This document shows positions 45,037-52,988 of a DNA stretch of 64,000 nucleotides, piece by piece. Position 1 is the stretch's first letter; every line of letters starts with the position of its first letter. The notes under the pieces were generated by a model that was given only the letters and a program-made list of their open reading frames with translations, did no database searches and was not told where the DNA came from. Source of the stretch: an uncultured Phycisphaeraceae bacterium (GTDB taxonomy: Bacteria; Planctomycetota; Phycisphaerae; UBA1845). The stretch is taken from positions 49,086-113,085 of the forward strand of contig CAZBRD010000012.1 in the NCBI GenBank assembly GCA_964494205.1, read 5' to 3'. The translations under genes were made by a program, and so were the position numbers.

Positions 45037-45775
45037 CGCGCGACTCCGTGCCGGCCACGAGTGCGACCATCTCTTCAATTTGCGTTTCCAACGAGGCGTC
45101 GATGATGCTGTTAGCTGTTTCGACCACGCAACCGCCGGCGGCGATCGAATCATCAGCCGTGATTTCAAGGACCTTCGCAGCCAAGGCTCGTTCCACAACG
45201 CCGGGTGCGTGATTATTAATGTGCTCCAGATCGCGCGGGTTCACGCGAATCTTCAAATCGGTGCGCGATTGCACCAGCGTGATACATCGCTGCAAATTGG
45301 CTTCGACAGTTTTGTGATCGATCGCGCCGATGGCGTGCGTCAGTTTCGATGCGAAGCGAACGGCGAAGTCAAGCAGGTGTTGTTCAGCGGAATGTTGAAG
45401 ATCGCGCCGGGCGGTTTCCAAATGCGTGACGATCTGATCCATCGCATCGACGGCGCGGAGCATGTGCTGGACGTTTTGCGCGTTGGCTTGCTCAAAGTGT
45501 TCGAGGCTTTCTCGACGGGCGTCATCGCGGCCTATTTCTTTCCCCTCCTCGTATCCCTTCTTGTAGCCTGTCTTGTGGCCCAATTCGCGGGCGCGAGCGA
45601 ACTCGCGATGAGATTCCTCCTTCGCCTGTTTCTCAGCGCGAGCGAACAGGTCCGCAGCCTGTGCGCGGGCGTGTTCCAGTGCAGCCCGTGCTTCGGCGAC
45701 GTGGTCGACGAGGCCGATGGGCGTCACCTTCGCGCGAATGGCAGCGACGTCGCCTGCTTTGATCACTACGGGCAT
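45029..45775 (-). CDS. fliH: Flagellar assembly protein FliH
   Basis: Position between fliG and fliI. Charged helical N-terminus and a C-terminal FliH/V-type E-subunit-like domain (IIDASLETQIEEM). The start was set after REP-A copy 45796-45826. Confidence 0.7.
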   Translation of the reverse strand: MPVVIKAGDVAAIRAKVTPIGLVDHVAEARAALEHARAQAADLFARAEKQAKEESHREFARARELGHKTGYKKGYEEGKEIGRDDARRESLEHFEQANAQNVQHMLRAVDAMDQIVTHLETARRDLQHSAEQHLLDFAVRFASKLTHAIGAIDHKTVEANLQRCITLVQSRTDLKIRVNPRDLEHINNHAPGVVERALAAKVLEITADDSIAAGGCVVETANSIIDASLETQIEEMVALVAGTESRDA

Positions 45776-45795
45776 AGTTGCGACTTTCCTGAACG

Positions 45796-45826
45796 CCACG
45801 GCCAAGCTGCGGCTTGACCATGCCAC
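45796..45826 (-). repeat. REP-A palindromic repeat (inverted orientation)
   Basis: CCACGGCCAAGCTGCGGCTTGACCATGCCAC, in the fliG-fliH spacer. Confidence 0.9.
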
Positions 45827-45836
45827 ACACACCAAA

Positions 45837-46880
45837 TCAAACGATCATGTCCTTTTCTCCGCCGCGGCCGGAGATAATGATTTCGCCCGCGTCTTCGAGT
45901 CGACGAACAACGTCAACGATCTTTTGCTGCGCCTGCTCGACGTCGGCGACGCGCACCGGGCCCATGAACTCCATGTCTTCCTTGATGAGCTGGGCCGCAC
46001 GCTCGGACATGTTGCGGAAAATCTTGTCCTTCAGCTCGGGCGTTGCGGTCTTCAACGCGAGCGTGAGGTCTTCCGTTTCGATTTCCTTCATCACCGACTG
46101 GATGCCCTTGTCGTTGACCAGCAGGATATCCTCGAACACGAACATGAGGCGGCGAATCTGCTCGACGAGTTCGGGGTTGTCGGCTTCCATGCCTTCGAGG
46201 ATGCCTTTTTCCGTCGCACGGTCTGCGAGGTTGAGCATTTCCGCGAGCGATTCGACGCCGCCGACTTTCTGGAATGTTTGCGAGACGATGCCGGAAAGTC
46301 GCATTTCCAACCCTTGCTCGACTTCCTTGATGACTTCCGGGTTGGTGTTGTCCATGTTGGCGATGCGCGTGGCTACCTCGGTCTGCTTCGACGCGGGCAG
46401 GCGCGCGAGAATTTCGCTGCCCTTGCTGGGCGAAAGGTGCGACAAGATGAGCGCGATCGTCTGCGGATGCTCATCTTGAATGAACGTCATGAGGTTTGAT
46501 GGATCGGTCTTCGCGAGAAACGAAAACGGCTGACGCGAGACCTGGTGCTCCACCATCTGAAGTATTTTGTCCGCCTGACCGGACGGTAGCGCCTTGTCGA
46601 GAAGCACGCGAGCATAGCTGATGCCTCCCTGCTTCAAGTATTGGCGGGCCATCGCGAGGTTGTAAAACTCCTCGATGACCTCGCCGCGATCCTTGGAATC
46701 GATCAGATCGAGATTCGCGATTTCACGCATGACATCTTCGATCATGTCCTGTTCGAGATGTTTCAGGATGTCGGCTGATCGATCGCGTTCGAGCGACACG
46801 AGCAGAATCGCGGCTTTGGTCTTGCCGCGAACCGTGCGTGGTTCCGCATCCATGACGGCTGTGCCTTTTGATTTCGCCAT
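45837..46880 (-). CDS. fliG: Flagellar motor switch protein FliG
   Basis: 347 aa. MFVFEDI motif and a charged C-terminal torque helix region. Confidence 0.9.
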   Translation of the reverse strand: MAKSKGTAVMDAEPRTVRGKTKAAILLVSLERDRSADILKHLEQDMIEDVMREIANLDLIDSKDRGEVIEEFYNLAMARQYLKQGGISYARVLLDKALPSGQADKILQMVEHQVSRQPFSFLAKTDPSNLMTFIQDEHPQTIALILSHLSPSKGSEILARLPASKQTEVATRIANMDNTNPEVIKEVEQGLEMRLSGIVSQTFQKVGGVESLAEMLNLADRATEKGILEGMEADNPELVEQIRRLMFVFEDILLVNDKGIQSVMKEIETEDLTLALKTATPELKDKIFRNMSERAAQLIKEDMEFMGPVRVADVEQAQQKIVDVVRRLEDAGEIIISGRGGEKDMIV

Positions 46881-46930
46881 AAGACGTAAGTTCCTATGCA
46901 GCTATTAAGAACGCCCGCACTTCAAACTCT

Positions 46931-46962
46931 GGGTGGCATGGTCAAGCGTCAGCTTGGCCATG
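46931..46962 (+). repeat. REP-A palindromic repeat (left member of an inverted pair)
   Basis: GGGTGGCATGGTCAAGCGTCAGCTTGGCCATG, in the fliF-fliG spacer. Confidence 0.85.
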
Positions 46963-46972
46963 AGAACCGTCG

Positions 46973-47005
46973 CCACGGCCTTGCTGCTGCAAGACCGTGC
47001 CACCC
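46973..47005 (-). repeat. REP-A palindromic repeat (right member of an inverted pair)
   Basis: CCACGGCCTTGCTGCTGCAAGACCGTGCCACCC, 10 nt from the left member. Confidence 0.8.
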
Positions 47006-47034
47006 GCGATTTAATGCACGGTATGCGACACATC

Positions 47035-48708
47035 CTAGTTCACTTCCTGGCACCAGCGACGAATCAAGTCGGCCGCACCTTCCGGATCAGCCTCGACCAT
47101 GCGCGAAACTTCGGTGCCGATTTCTTCGTATCTCAGCGTGAGGTCGTCCACCTCGCGTCCGACGAGCAAGCTCTCGGAAACTTCTGCTTGCCCGACCGGG
47201 TGCGAACGAGCGGTGAGGATCGGTTCCTCTTCCAGCGTCTCTTCCTTCAAGAGCGGCGCGGGCGCCAGGTTTTCCGTTTGACGACGTGCGATGCGCATCA
47301 TCATGAACATCGCGGTGATCGCGAGCAGAGCCAAGCCGGTCTGCGGTCCGTATGTTTTTGCGAGACCCATCGGATCGAGCGATTCCGCCTGAGCAGCGGT
47401 CGTGATTTCCGTTGGCACCGGGCTGAACGCACCGCCACCTTGGCCCCAGGTCACATCGGGATAAACGTCCACCTGTACATCATTGGCCGTCTTGGCCATG
47501 ACGATCTTTTCGACGCTGGTCTTCACACGCGCGACTTCTTCGTCGCGAATGGTTGCAAACTTTTGATCGTCGTCCTTGGGCGCTTCAGTGTTCGGAAACT
47601 TCGCTTGATAAATGCCGACGAGAAAACTTCGCGGTAAACTCACCGCAGCCGTCGTTCGTTTCACTGCCATCGCAGGCTGCTCAACCGTTTCCGTCTCGCT
47701 GAGTTTGGGTTCGAAGTAGTCGGTGGTGGTTTCTTCGGTGGTGCTCTTTTGGCTTGAGCTTCCGCCTTCGGTGACGGCTGCGCCGAGGTTCGGCTGCGTG
47801 CCGGTTTCGCCCGCTTCTTCGGTATTGCCCTGCTCGCTTGATTGCGTCGCTTCCGTCCTGATCGCGCCGCTTTCGTACTTGGTGCTTTGGCGAGTCTTCT
47901 TCGTCGTATCGAGCTCAACGGTCACAGCCACACGGACATTGGGAATTTCGCCGAGCTTGCCCTTGATTTTCTGTAGCAGATAAGCTTCGTGCTTTTGCTG
48001 CTCGCGGAGATAGCCAAATGAGATCGCCTCTTCCGGGCGCGGAACGTTGTAGGTTTCGCCCGTGCGTGTGTCGCTGATGTTGACGTTGTGTGGTTTTAGT
48101 CCCGCGACCGCGCCGCTCACAAGCTTGGCGAAACCTTCGACCAACTCCGCCGTCATCTCTTTGCTGGGCGCGAGCGTGATGGAGACGGAAGCCGTCGGAA
48201 TGTCGCTTTCGCCGCCGACTCGCCGCTTCGAAGAAGGATTGATCAAGACAGACGCTTTGCGTACAGACGGATATGTCTCGATGATCTTGGCGAGTTCGTT
48301 GCCTTTTGCGTAGTTCTGGGCGTAAGTTCTCGCTTCCGGGGACTGAAAGGGATTCGGATCGTTGACGACCGATTCCATATCGAAGAGCCGATCCTGCGGC
48401 AGCGCTTGCGATGAATAGAGAATTCGTTTCAGGTTGGAGCGATCGACCTCGCGAACATAGATGCGCGTTCCGCGAATTTCATAGGGCATTCCGCTGGCGC
48501 GAAGTGATTCCTCAGCCGTATTCAGCTCTTCGTAGCTGAAATCGTTGCCCACGAGCGGTACTAACTCTGGCGCTGTCGACCACTGCGTCAGCCACATCAG
48601 CGAGCCGACGATCATGACCACGCACAACCCGATCGACACGCGCTGCGATATCGTCAGCACCTTCAATTGCGACTGAATCTGAAGGAGAAGTTGTTGCAAT
48701 CGTTCCAT
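47035..48708 (-). CDS. fliF: Flagellar M-ring protein FliF
   Basis: 557 aa. N-terminal TM plus YscJ/FliF ring-building domains, a second TM (GLALLAITAMFMMM), and a C-terminal FliG-binding tail. Confidence 0.9.
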   Translation of the reverse strand: MERLQQLLLQIQSQLKVLTISQRVSIGLCVVMIVGSLMWLTQWSTAPELVPLVGNDFSYEELNTAEESLRASGMPYEIRGTRIYVREVDRSNLKRILYSSQALPQDRLFDMESVVNDPNPFQSPEARTYAQNYAKGNELAKIIETYPSVRKASVLINPSSKRRVGGESDIPTASVSITLAPSKEMTAELVEGFAKLVSGAVAGLKPHNVNISDTRTGETYNVPRPEEAISFGYLREQQKHEAYLLQKIKGKLGEIPNVRVAVTVELDTTKKTRQSTKYESGAIRTEATQSSEQGNTEEAGETGTQPNLGAAVTEGGSSSQKSTTEETTTDYFEPKLSETETVEQPAMAVKRTTAAVSLPRSFLVGIYQAKFPNTEAPKDDDQKFATIRDEEVARVKTSVEKIVMAKTANDVQVDVYPDVTWGQGGGAFSPVPTEITTAAQAESLDPMGLAKTYGPQTGLALLAITAMFMMMRIARRQTENLAPAPLLKEETLEEEPILTARSHPVGQAEVSESLLVGREVDDLTLRYEEIGTEVSRMVEADPEGAADLIRRWCQEVN

Positions 48709-48778
48709 GCTTATTCGCCGGAAAGTTCAATCCTTGAACACGATTCAGGTGAAATCCGTTCACCCGCTTAGACCTCGC

Positions 48779-49108
48779 CTATACACGCATCTGCTGAATT
48801 TCGTCGTACGCCTGGCTCAGCTTGTTTCGCACCTCCATGAGCAGATCAAACGCGATGCCGGCCTTGTTCACTGCGGAAAAGACCTCGGTCACGTTGTCGG
48901 TTTCGCCGGTCATGAGCTTCTGAACGCCTTCGTCGGCTTCTCGCTGCAAACGATCCACCTCGGCCAGACTGTCGACGAGAATCGTGCGAAAGTCCTTGCC
49001 GACAGGTTCGGGCGAGCCCACCTGGCCGACGCCCTGACCGATGCCTGCACCGGGCGCGACGCCACCGGCGTTCGTAAACATGCTTGCGAATTGGATTGGG
49101 TCAGTCAC
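48779..49108 (-). CDS. fliE: Flagellar hook-basal body protein FliE
   Basis: C-terminal FDLLMEVRNKLSQAYDEIQQMRV is the FliE signature. Confidence 0.8.
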   Translation of the reverse strand: MTDPIQFASMFTNAGGVAPGAGIGQGVGQVGSPEPVGKDFRTILVDSLAEVDRLQREADEGVQKLMTGETDNVTEVFSAVNKAGIAFDLLMEVRNKLSQAYDEIQQMRV

Positions 49109-49137
49109 TGACTAAGACTCCTCCAGTTCATTAACAA

Positions 49138-49560
49138 CTACGCCAATAACCTCAGCGAGTTGGACATCATCGATTTTGTCATTTCCATGACGGACACGTT
49201 GGCTTCATAGGCGCGCATGGCTGTCATCGCATCGACCATCTCCGTGTGGTAATCGACGTTGGACAGCAGCACGTAGCCTTTGTTCGGGCCAGACTTTTGC
49301 GCCTGTGGATCATTCGGCGCCCAGCGTTTTCCGAACGCGTCTTTGCTCTCCACGATTTTCTCTATGTGCACGCCCGGAGCGTTCTTGCCGTTCTTTGGAT
49401 CGCCGGACGCGAAGAGCGCGATGCGTTTGCGAAACGGAATGGCTTCGCCGTTTTCAATGGTGTAGGAATCACGCGCGGCGATGTTGCCGGCGATCATGTC
49501 GAGGTTCGCTCGCTGGGCGACGAGAGCGGATGAACTGATGTCAAGAACGTTGTACATCAA
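49138..49560 (-). CDS. flgC: Flagellar basal-body rod protein FlgC
   Basis: N-terminal LDISSSALVAQRANLDMIAGNIA and a C-terminal rod motif. Confidence 0.9.
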   Translation of the reverse strand: MMYNVLDISSSALVAQRANLDMIAGNIAARDSYTIENGEAIPFRKRIALFASGDPKNGKNAPGVHIEKIVESKDAFGKRWAPNDPQAQKSGPNKGYVLLSNVDYHTEMVDAMTAMRAYEANVSVMEMTKSMMSNSLRLLA

Positions 49561-49569
49561 TGCTCCTTA

Positions 49570-50022
49570 CTAACCAACGGTTCCACGAATCGCGGATCGC
49601 AATCCATCCCATTTTCTCTTGAGCAGGGTCGTCGCGACCTGATGAGCAAGACCGGTCTCCGCCAAATCGGACATTTCGCGTTCGATCGACAGGTTCGTGT
49701 CGTCATGGAACAAGAGGTTGTCAGGGTTCTTGTATGTTGGTTTCACCTTGAGCGAGCCGTTTGCTTCCGTCTTGATGTCGCGGCCGCTTTCCACAACGAA
49801 ACGACTTTGAGGATTCTTGTTGCGAACTTCGACGGCTTTGCGTAACGCCGACTGGAAAGCCTTCGGGTCCAGTTGCTTGGCCTTGTAGCCCGGCGTGTGG
49901 ATGTTGGCCACGTTCTCCGCGATGACCTTGAGGCGCGCTTCACTAAAGGAAAGCGATTTCTCCAGCGCCTGAATGGGCGTGCGGTCGGTGATGTTGGTTA
50001 GAAACGTCGCCATATCCTTCAC
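49570..50022 (-). CDS. flgB: Flagellar basal-body rod protein FlgB
   Basis: ARLKVIAENVANIHTPGYKA rod motif. First gene of the cluster. Confidence 0.85.
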   Translation of the reverse strand: MKDMATFLTNITDRTPIQALEKSLSFSEARLKVIAENVANIHTPGYKAKQLDPKAFQSALRKAVEVRNKNPQSRFVVESGRDIKTEANGSLKVKPTYKNPDNLLFHDDTNLSIEREMSDLAETGLAHQVATTLLKRKWDGLRSAIRGTVG

Positions 50023-50085
50023 TCAAAGCCAAGACCTTGCGGCGCGCGAACCCCGCCCTACAAAGTCGGCCAAGCAATGCCCAAA

Positions 50086-50101
50086 TGCACTCCGCGTGCC
50101 A
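50086..50101 (-). promoter_or_regulatory. Sigma-54 (-24/-12) promoter candidate for the flgB operon
   Basis: The minus strand reads TGGCACGCGGAGTGCA (consensus TGGCAC-N5-TTGCA) with correct GG-N10-GC spacing. It lies about 65 nt upstream of the flgB start and about 90 nt downstream of the sigma-54 activator gene. Confidence 0.6.
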
Positions 50102-50193
50102 GTCGTCGCTGACGCGGTTTTCAGCCTCGCGGCGCCGGTTTTCCCTCGGACGCTGGGTGCAAGACCTGCGCCGAGGACAGTTCCTGCGCCTCG

Positions 50194-51618
50194 TTAGTTA
50201 ACGAAACTCTCAATCATCTGGTTGTCCGGCAAAGTCTTGAGCCAGGCCGCTCGCGAGCGCTCCGCCATCGCTTCCTCGCGCCACTGCTTCAACTTCATAC
50301 CCAGCGTGCGAACGCCCATGCCCAAGGCGCGGGCGGACTTCGCTCGATGCCCGTTGAACTGGGCGAGAGTCTTTTCGATCAGGTGACGCTCCATGTCTTC
50401 CAACATGCGGCCTTCGCGGAGTTGGCCGATGCCCTCCGTTTTTCCCTGCTCGGGTCGCAGCCACGGCTCAATCAATTCAGCGGTGACGGTATCCGTCGTG
50501 CAGAGCGTGGCAGCGCGGCGGCAGAGGTTTTCCAATTCGCGAACGTTGCCCGGCCAGTGGTAACCACTGAGCAAACGCATGGCGCTAGCCGCGACCTGAA
50601 GCTTCTTCGATGATTCGGCTGCATTCCCGTTGGTGAGGAAGTGGTTTACCAATTCGGGGATATCTTCGGTTCGTTCGCGCAGCGGCGGGACTGCCACCGG
50701 AAGCACGTTCAAGCGGAAATAGAGATCGGAGCGGAATCGCTTTCGCGCCACCCAATCGTTGAGATCGCGATTGGTCGTGGCGATCACGCGAACGTCAGCT
50801 TTGCGTGTCGTGCTGCTGCCCACTCGCTCGAACTGGCCTTCCTGCAAGACGCGAAGCAGTTTTGACTGAAGGGGCACTGCCATTTCAGAGATTTCATCGA
50901 GCAGCAGCGAACCGCCGTCGGCCAGCTCGAATCGACCCTTGCGGGTGCGATCCGCACCGGTGAATGAGCCGCGTTCGTGGCCAAAAAGTTCGCTCTCGAG
51001 AAGGTTCGCCGAAAGCGCCGCACAGTTCAGGCAGAGCATCGGTTGATTCGCTCGCGGCGAGTGACGGTGGATGTACCACGCAACCAGTTCCTTGCCCGTT
51101 CCCGATTCGCCCGTGATCAACACGGTCGCATGACTCGCAGCCACGCGATCCAGCTCACGACGAAGCTTGGTCATGGCGGTACCGGAGCCAATAAGGTTTC
51201 GATGGTTGCTCCAGTCGTCGACGGACGCTCGAAGGGCTTCATTTTCACGACGAAGGCGCGCGTGCTCGAGCGCACGCTCGACGACCACCGTCGCGGCGTC
51301 GGCCTCGAAAGGCTTTTGAATGTAATCGAAAGCGCCGAGCTTCATGGCTTCGACAGCCGTCGCGACGGTCGCATACGCGGTCATCACGACGATGGGCACG
51401 TCATTGCCCCCCGCGCGGATTTCGCGAATCAGTGTCAGGCCGTCCATGCGCGGCATGCGAAGATCCGCAAGCACGAGGTCGAACCTCTGCTGTTTGATCT
51501 GAGCGAGCGCTTCCACCGGGTCGGCGAACGACGTCACCGAGTGATCCTCTCGCGTCAGCGTCGCCGAGAGCGATTCACGCAGAATTTCCTTATCATCAAC
51601 CACGCAAACATTTGCCAT
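50194..51618 (-). CDS. Sigma-54-dependent response regulator (FlgR/FleR/NtrC class)
   Basis: Receiver domain (VVDDK...ADLRMPRMDG). AAA+ domain (GESGTGKE, GSFTGA sigma-54 contact loop, LLLDEI). C-terminal Fis-type HTH. Confidence 0.9.
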   Translation of the reverse strand: MANVCVVDDKEILRESLSATLTREDHSVTSFADPVEALAQIKQQRFDLVLADLRMPRMDGLTLIREIRAGGNDVPIVVMTAYATVATAVEAMKLGAFDYIQKPFEADAATVVVERALEHARLRRENEALRASVDDWSNHRNLIGSGTAMTKLRRELDRVAASHATVLITGESGTGKELVAWYIHRHSPRANQPMLCLNCAALSANLLESELFGHERGSFTGADRTRKGRFELADGGSLLLDEISEMAVPLQSKLLRVLQEGQFERVGSSTTRKADVRVIATTNRDLNDWVARKRFRSDLYFRLNVLPVAVPPLRERTEDIPELVNHFLTNGNAAESSKKLQVAASAMRLLSGYHWPGNVRELENLCRRAATLCTTDTVTAELIEPWLRPEQGKTEGIGQLREGRMLEDMERHLIEKTLAQFNGHRAKSARALGMGVRTLGMKLKQWREEAMAERSRAAWLKTLPDNQMIESFVN

Positions 51619-51624
51619 GAAACA

Positions 51625-52491
51625 TCATCCTCCGACCAGCGCCGCCGTGCGATCCATCGCCTTCGGCAGCGACAACACAAACTTTGCTCCACCATCGGGC
51701 CGGTTCCCAGCGGTAATTCGACCGCCGTGGGATTCCACGATCCGATGAACGATGGCTAATCCAAGACCGGTACCGTTCTCTTTTGTCGTGAAAAACGGAT
51801 TGAACACGCGATGCAGAAGTTCGTTGGGCAAGCCGGCTCCGTCATCTTCGATTGAGAGATGAACAAACTCGTCATCGCTGTGCGGCAGTGCAGCATTAAC
51901 CCACACATGACCGCCCTGCCCCACCGCATCGAGTGCGTTGAACAACAGATTGAGAAGCGCACGCTCGATCTGGCGAGCGTCAACTTCGATTAACTGGTTT
52001 TGCAGAGATGGATCGATTTCGATCGTGATTCGTCGTGCGCCGGCCATCGGCGAAACCTGAGTTAGCGCATCGTCGAGAATTGGTCCGAGCGACGCGGGAT
52101 GTCGGCATGGCTCCTGACCGCCTGCAAAGGCGAGGATGTCACCGACGATACTCTCAAGATTGCGCACGCCGACGCGAATCTTGCGAACCACCTCAGCCTG
52201 TTCGGGGCGATCGGATAAGTCTTTTTCCAGCAGGTTGGCATACAGACCGATGCCGCCAAGCGGATTGCGGATCTCATGTGCGACGCCCGCAGCCATTTCG
52301 CCCAAGGCAGCCAGTCGTTCGCGCCGAGCGAGTTCCTTGTTTTTCTCGTGCAGCTCGTCATGCAAACGGCAGACCTCTCGTCGAAGCAACTCGTGAGATT
52401 GCTTGAGGCGTTCGGTCACGTCGCTGTAGGCGCGAACGATCGACGCCAGATCTGTATCCGTCTGTGTTGGAAGCGTCGTCGTAACCATCAC
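51625..52491 (-). CDS. Soluble sensor histidine kinase (FlgS/FleS-like)
   Basis: No TM segment. Coiled-coil, then H-box AAGVAHEIRNPL. N/G boxes (NALDA, DDGAGL, GTGLGLAIV). Confidence 0.85.
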   Translation of the reverse strand: MMVTTTLPTQTDTDLASIVRAYSDVTERLKQSHELLRREVCRLHDELHEKNKELARRERLAALGEMAAGVAHEIRNPLGGIGLYANLLEKDLSDRPEQAEVVRKIRVGVRNLESIVGDILAFAGGQEPCRHPASLGPILDDALTQVSPMAGARRITIEIDPSLQNQLIEVDARQIERALLNLLFNALDAVGQGGHVWVNAALPHSDDEFVHLSIEDDGAGLPNELLHRVFNPFFTTKENGTGLGLAIVHRIVESHGGRITAGNRPDGGAKFVLSLPKAMDRTAALVGG

Positions 52492-52973
52492 GTAGCCTCA
52501 TCGAAACGGTTAACCGCAGTCGCCCGCGACTTGGGCCCACCGTACGCATTCACTGCCTGACCGCCGAAGTGCGTCGAACGCATCTCCCCGGCTACGATCT
52601 GCTTTTTGGCGTTTAGCAAACGCGCATCTTCTTCATCACTGATCAGCACGCGGCGAAGACATTCCTGCGATTCATACAGCAATCGATCGGCTTCGGAACG
52701 CTCCGCAGGAGCCATCTGCTCGCGATAGGTGGCCCATGATTGCCGCACGGGTTGAAGTCGCTTGGAAACTTCCGTGAGACGGACGGACAACCGTTGTCGA
52801 TCGGCCAAGACAGCAAGCAATGGCGTGGGGTTCTCGTCGCTGATCAGCGTTCGTTGCTGACTCGCGCATTTTTCCAAGCGGGCGAAAAGCGTGGCCTGTT
52901 CGCGCAAGGCGTCCAGCAAGTCTTGCGACTCTGCTAACCCTGTCGAATCTATCGTTGCCATCGTGCTGACCAC
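52488..52973 (-). CDS. FlgN-like helical protein (putative flagellar chaperone)
   Basis: 161-aa all-helical protein with a FlgN-like heptad pattern (LLDALREQATLFARLEKCASQQRTLI...). Its stop overlaps the kinase start (ATGA). The family call is tentative. Confidence 0.45.
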   Translation of the reverse strand: MVSTMATIDSTGLAESQDLLDALREQATLFARLEKCASQQRTLISDENPTPLLAVLADRQRLSVRLTEVSKRLQPVRQSWATYREQMAPAERSEADRLLYESQECLRRVLISDEEDARLLNAKKQIVAGEMRSTHFGGQAVNAYGGPKSRATAVNRFDEAT

Positions 52974-52988
52974 CGCGCGGACCGCCTT

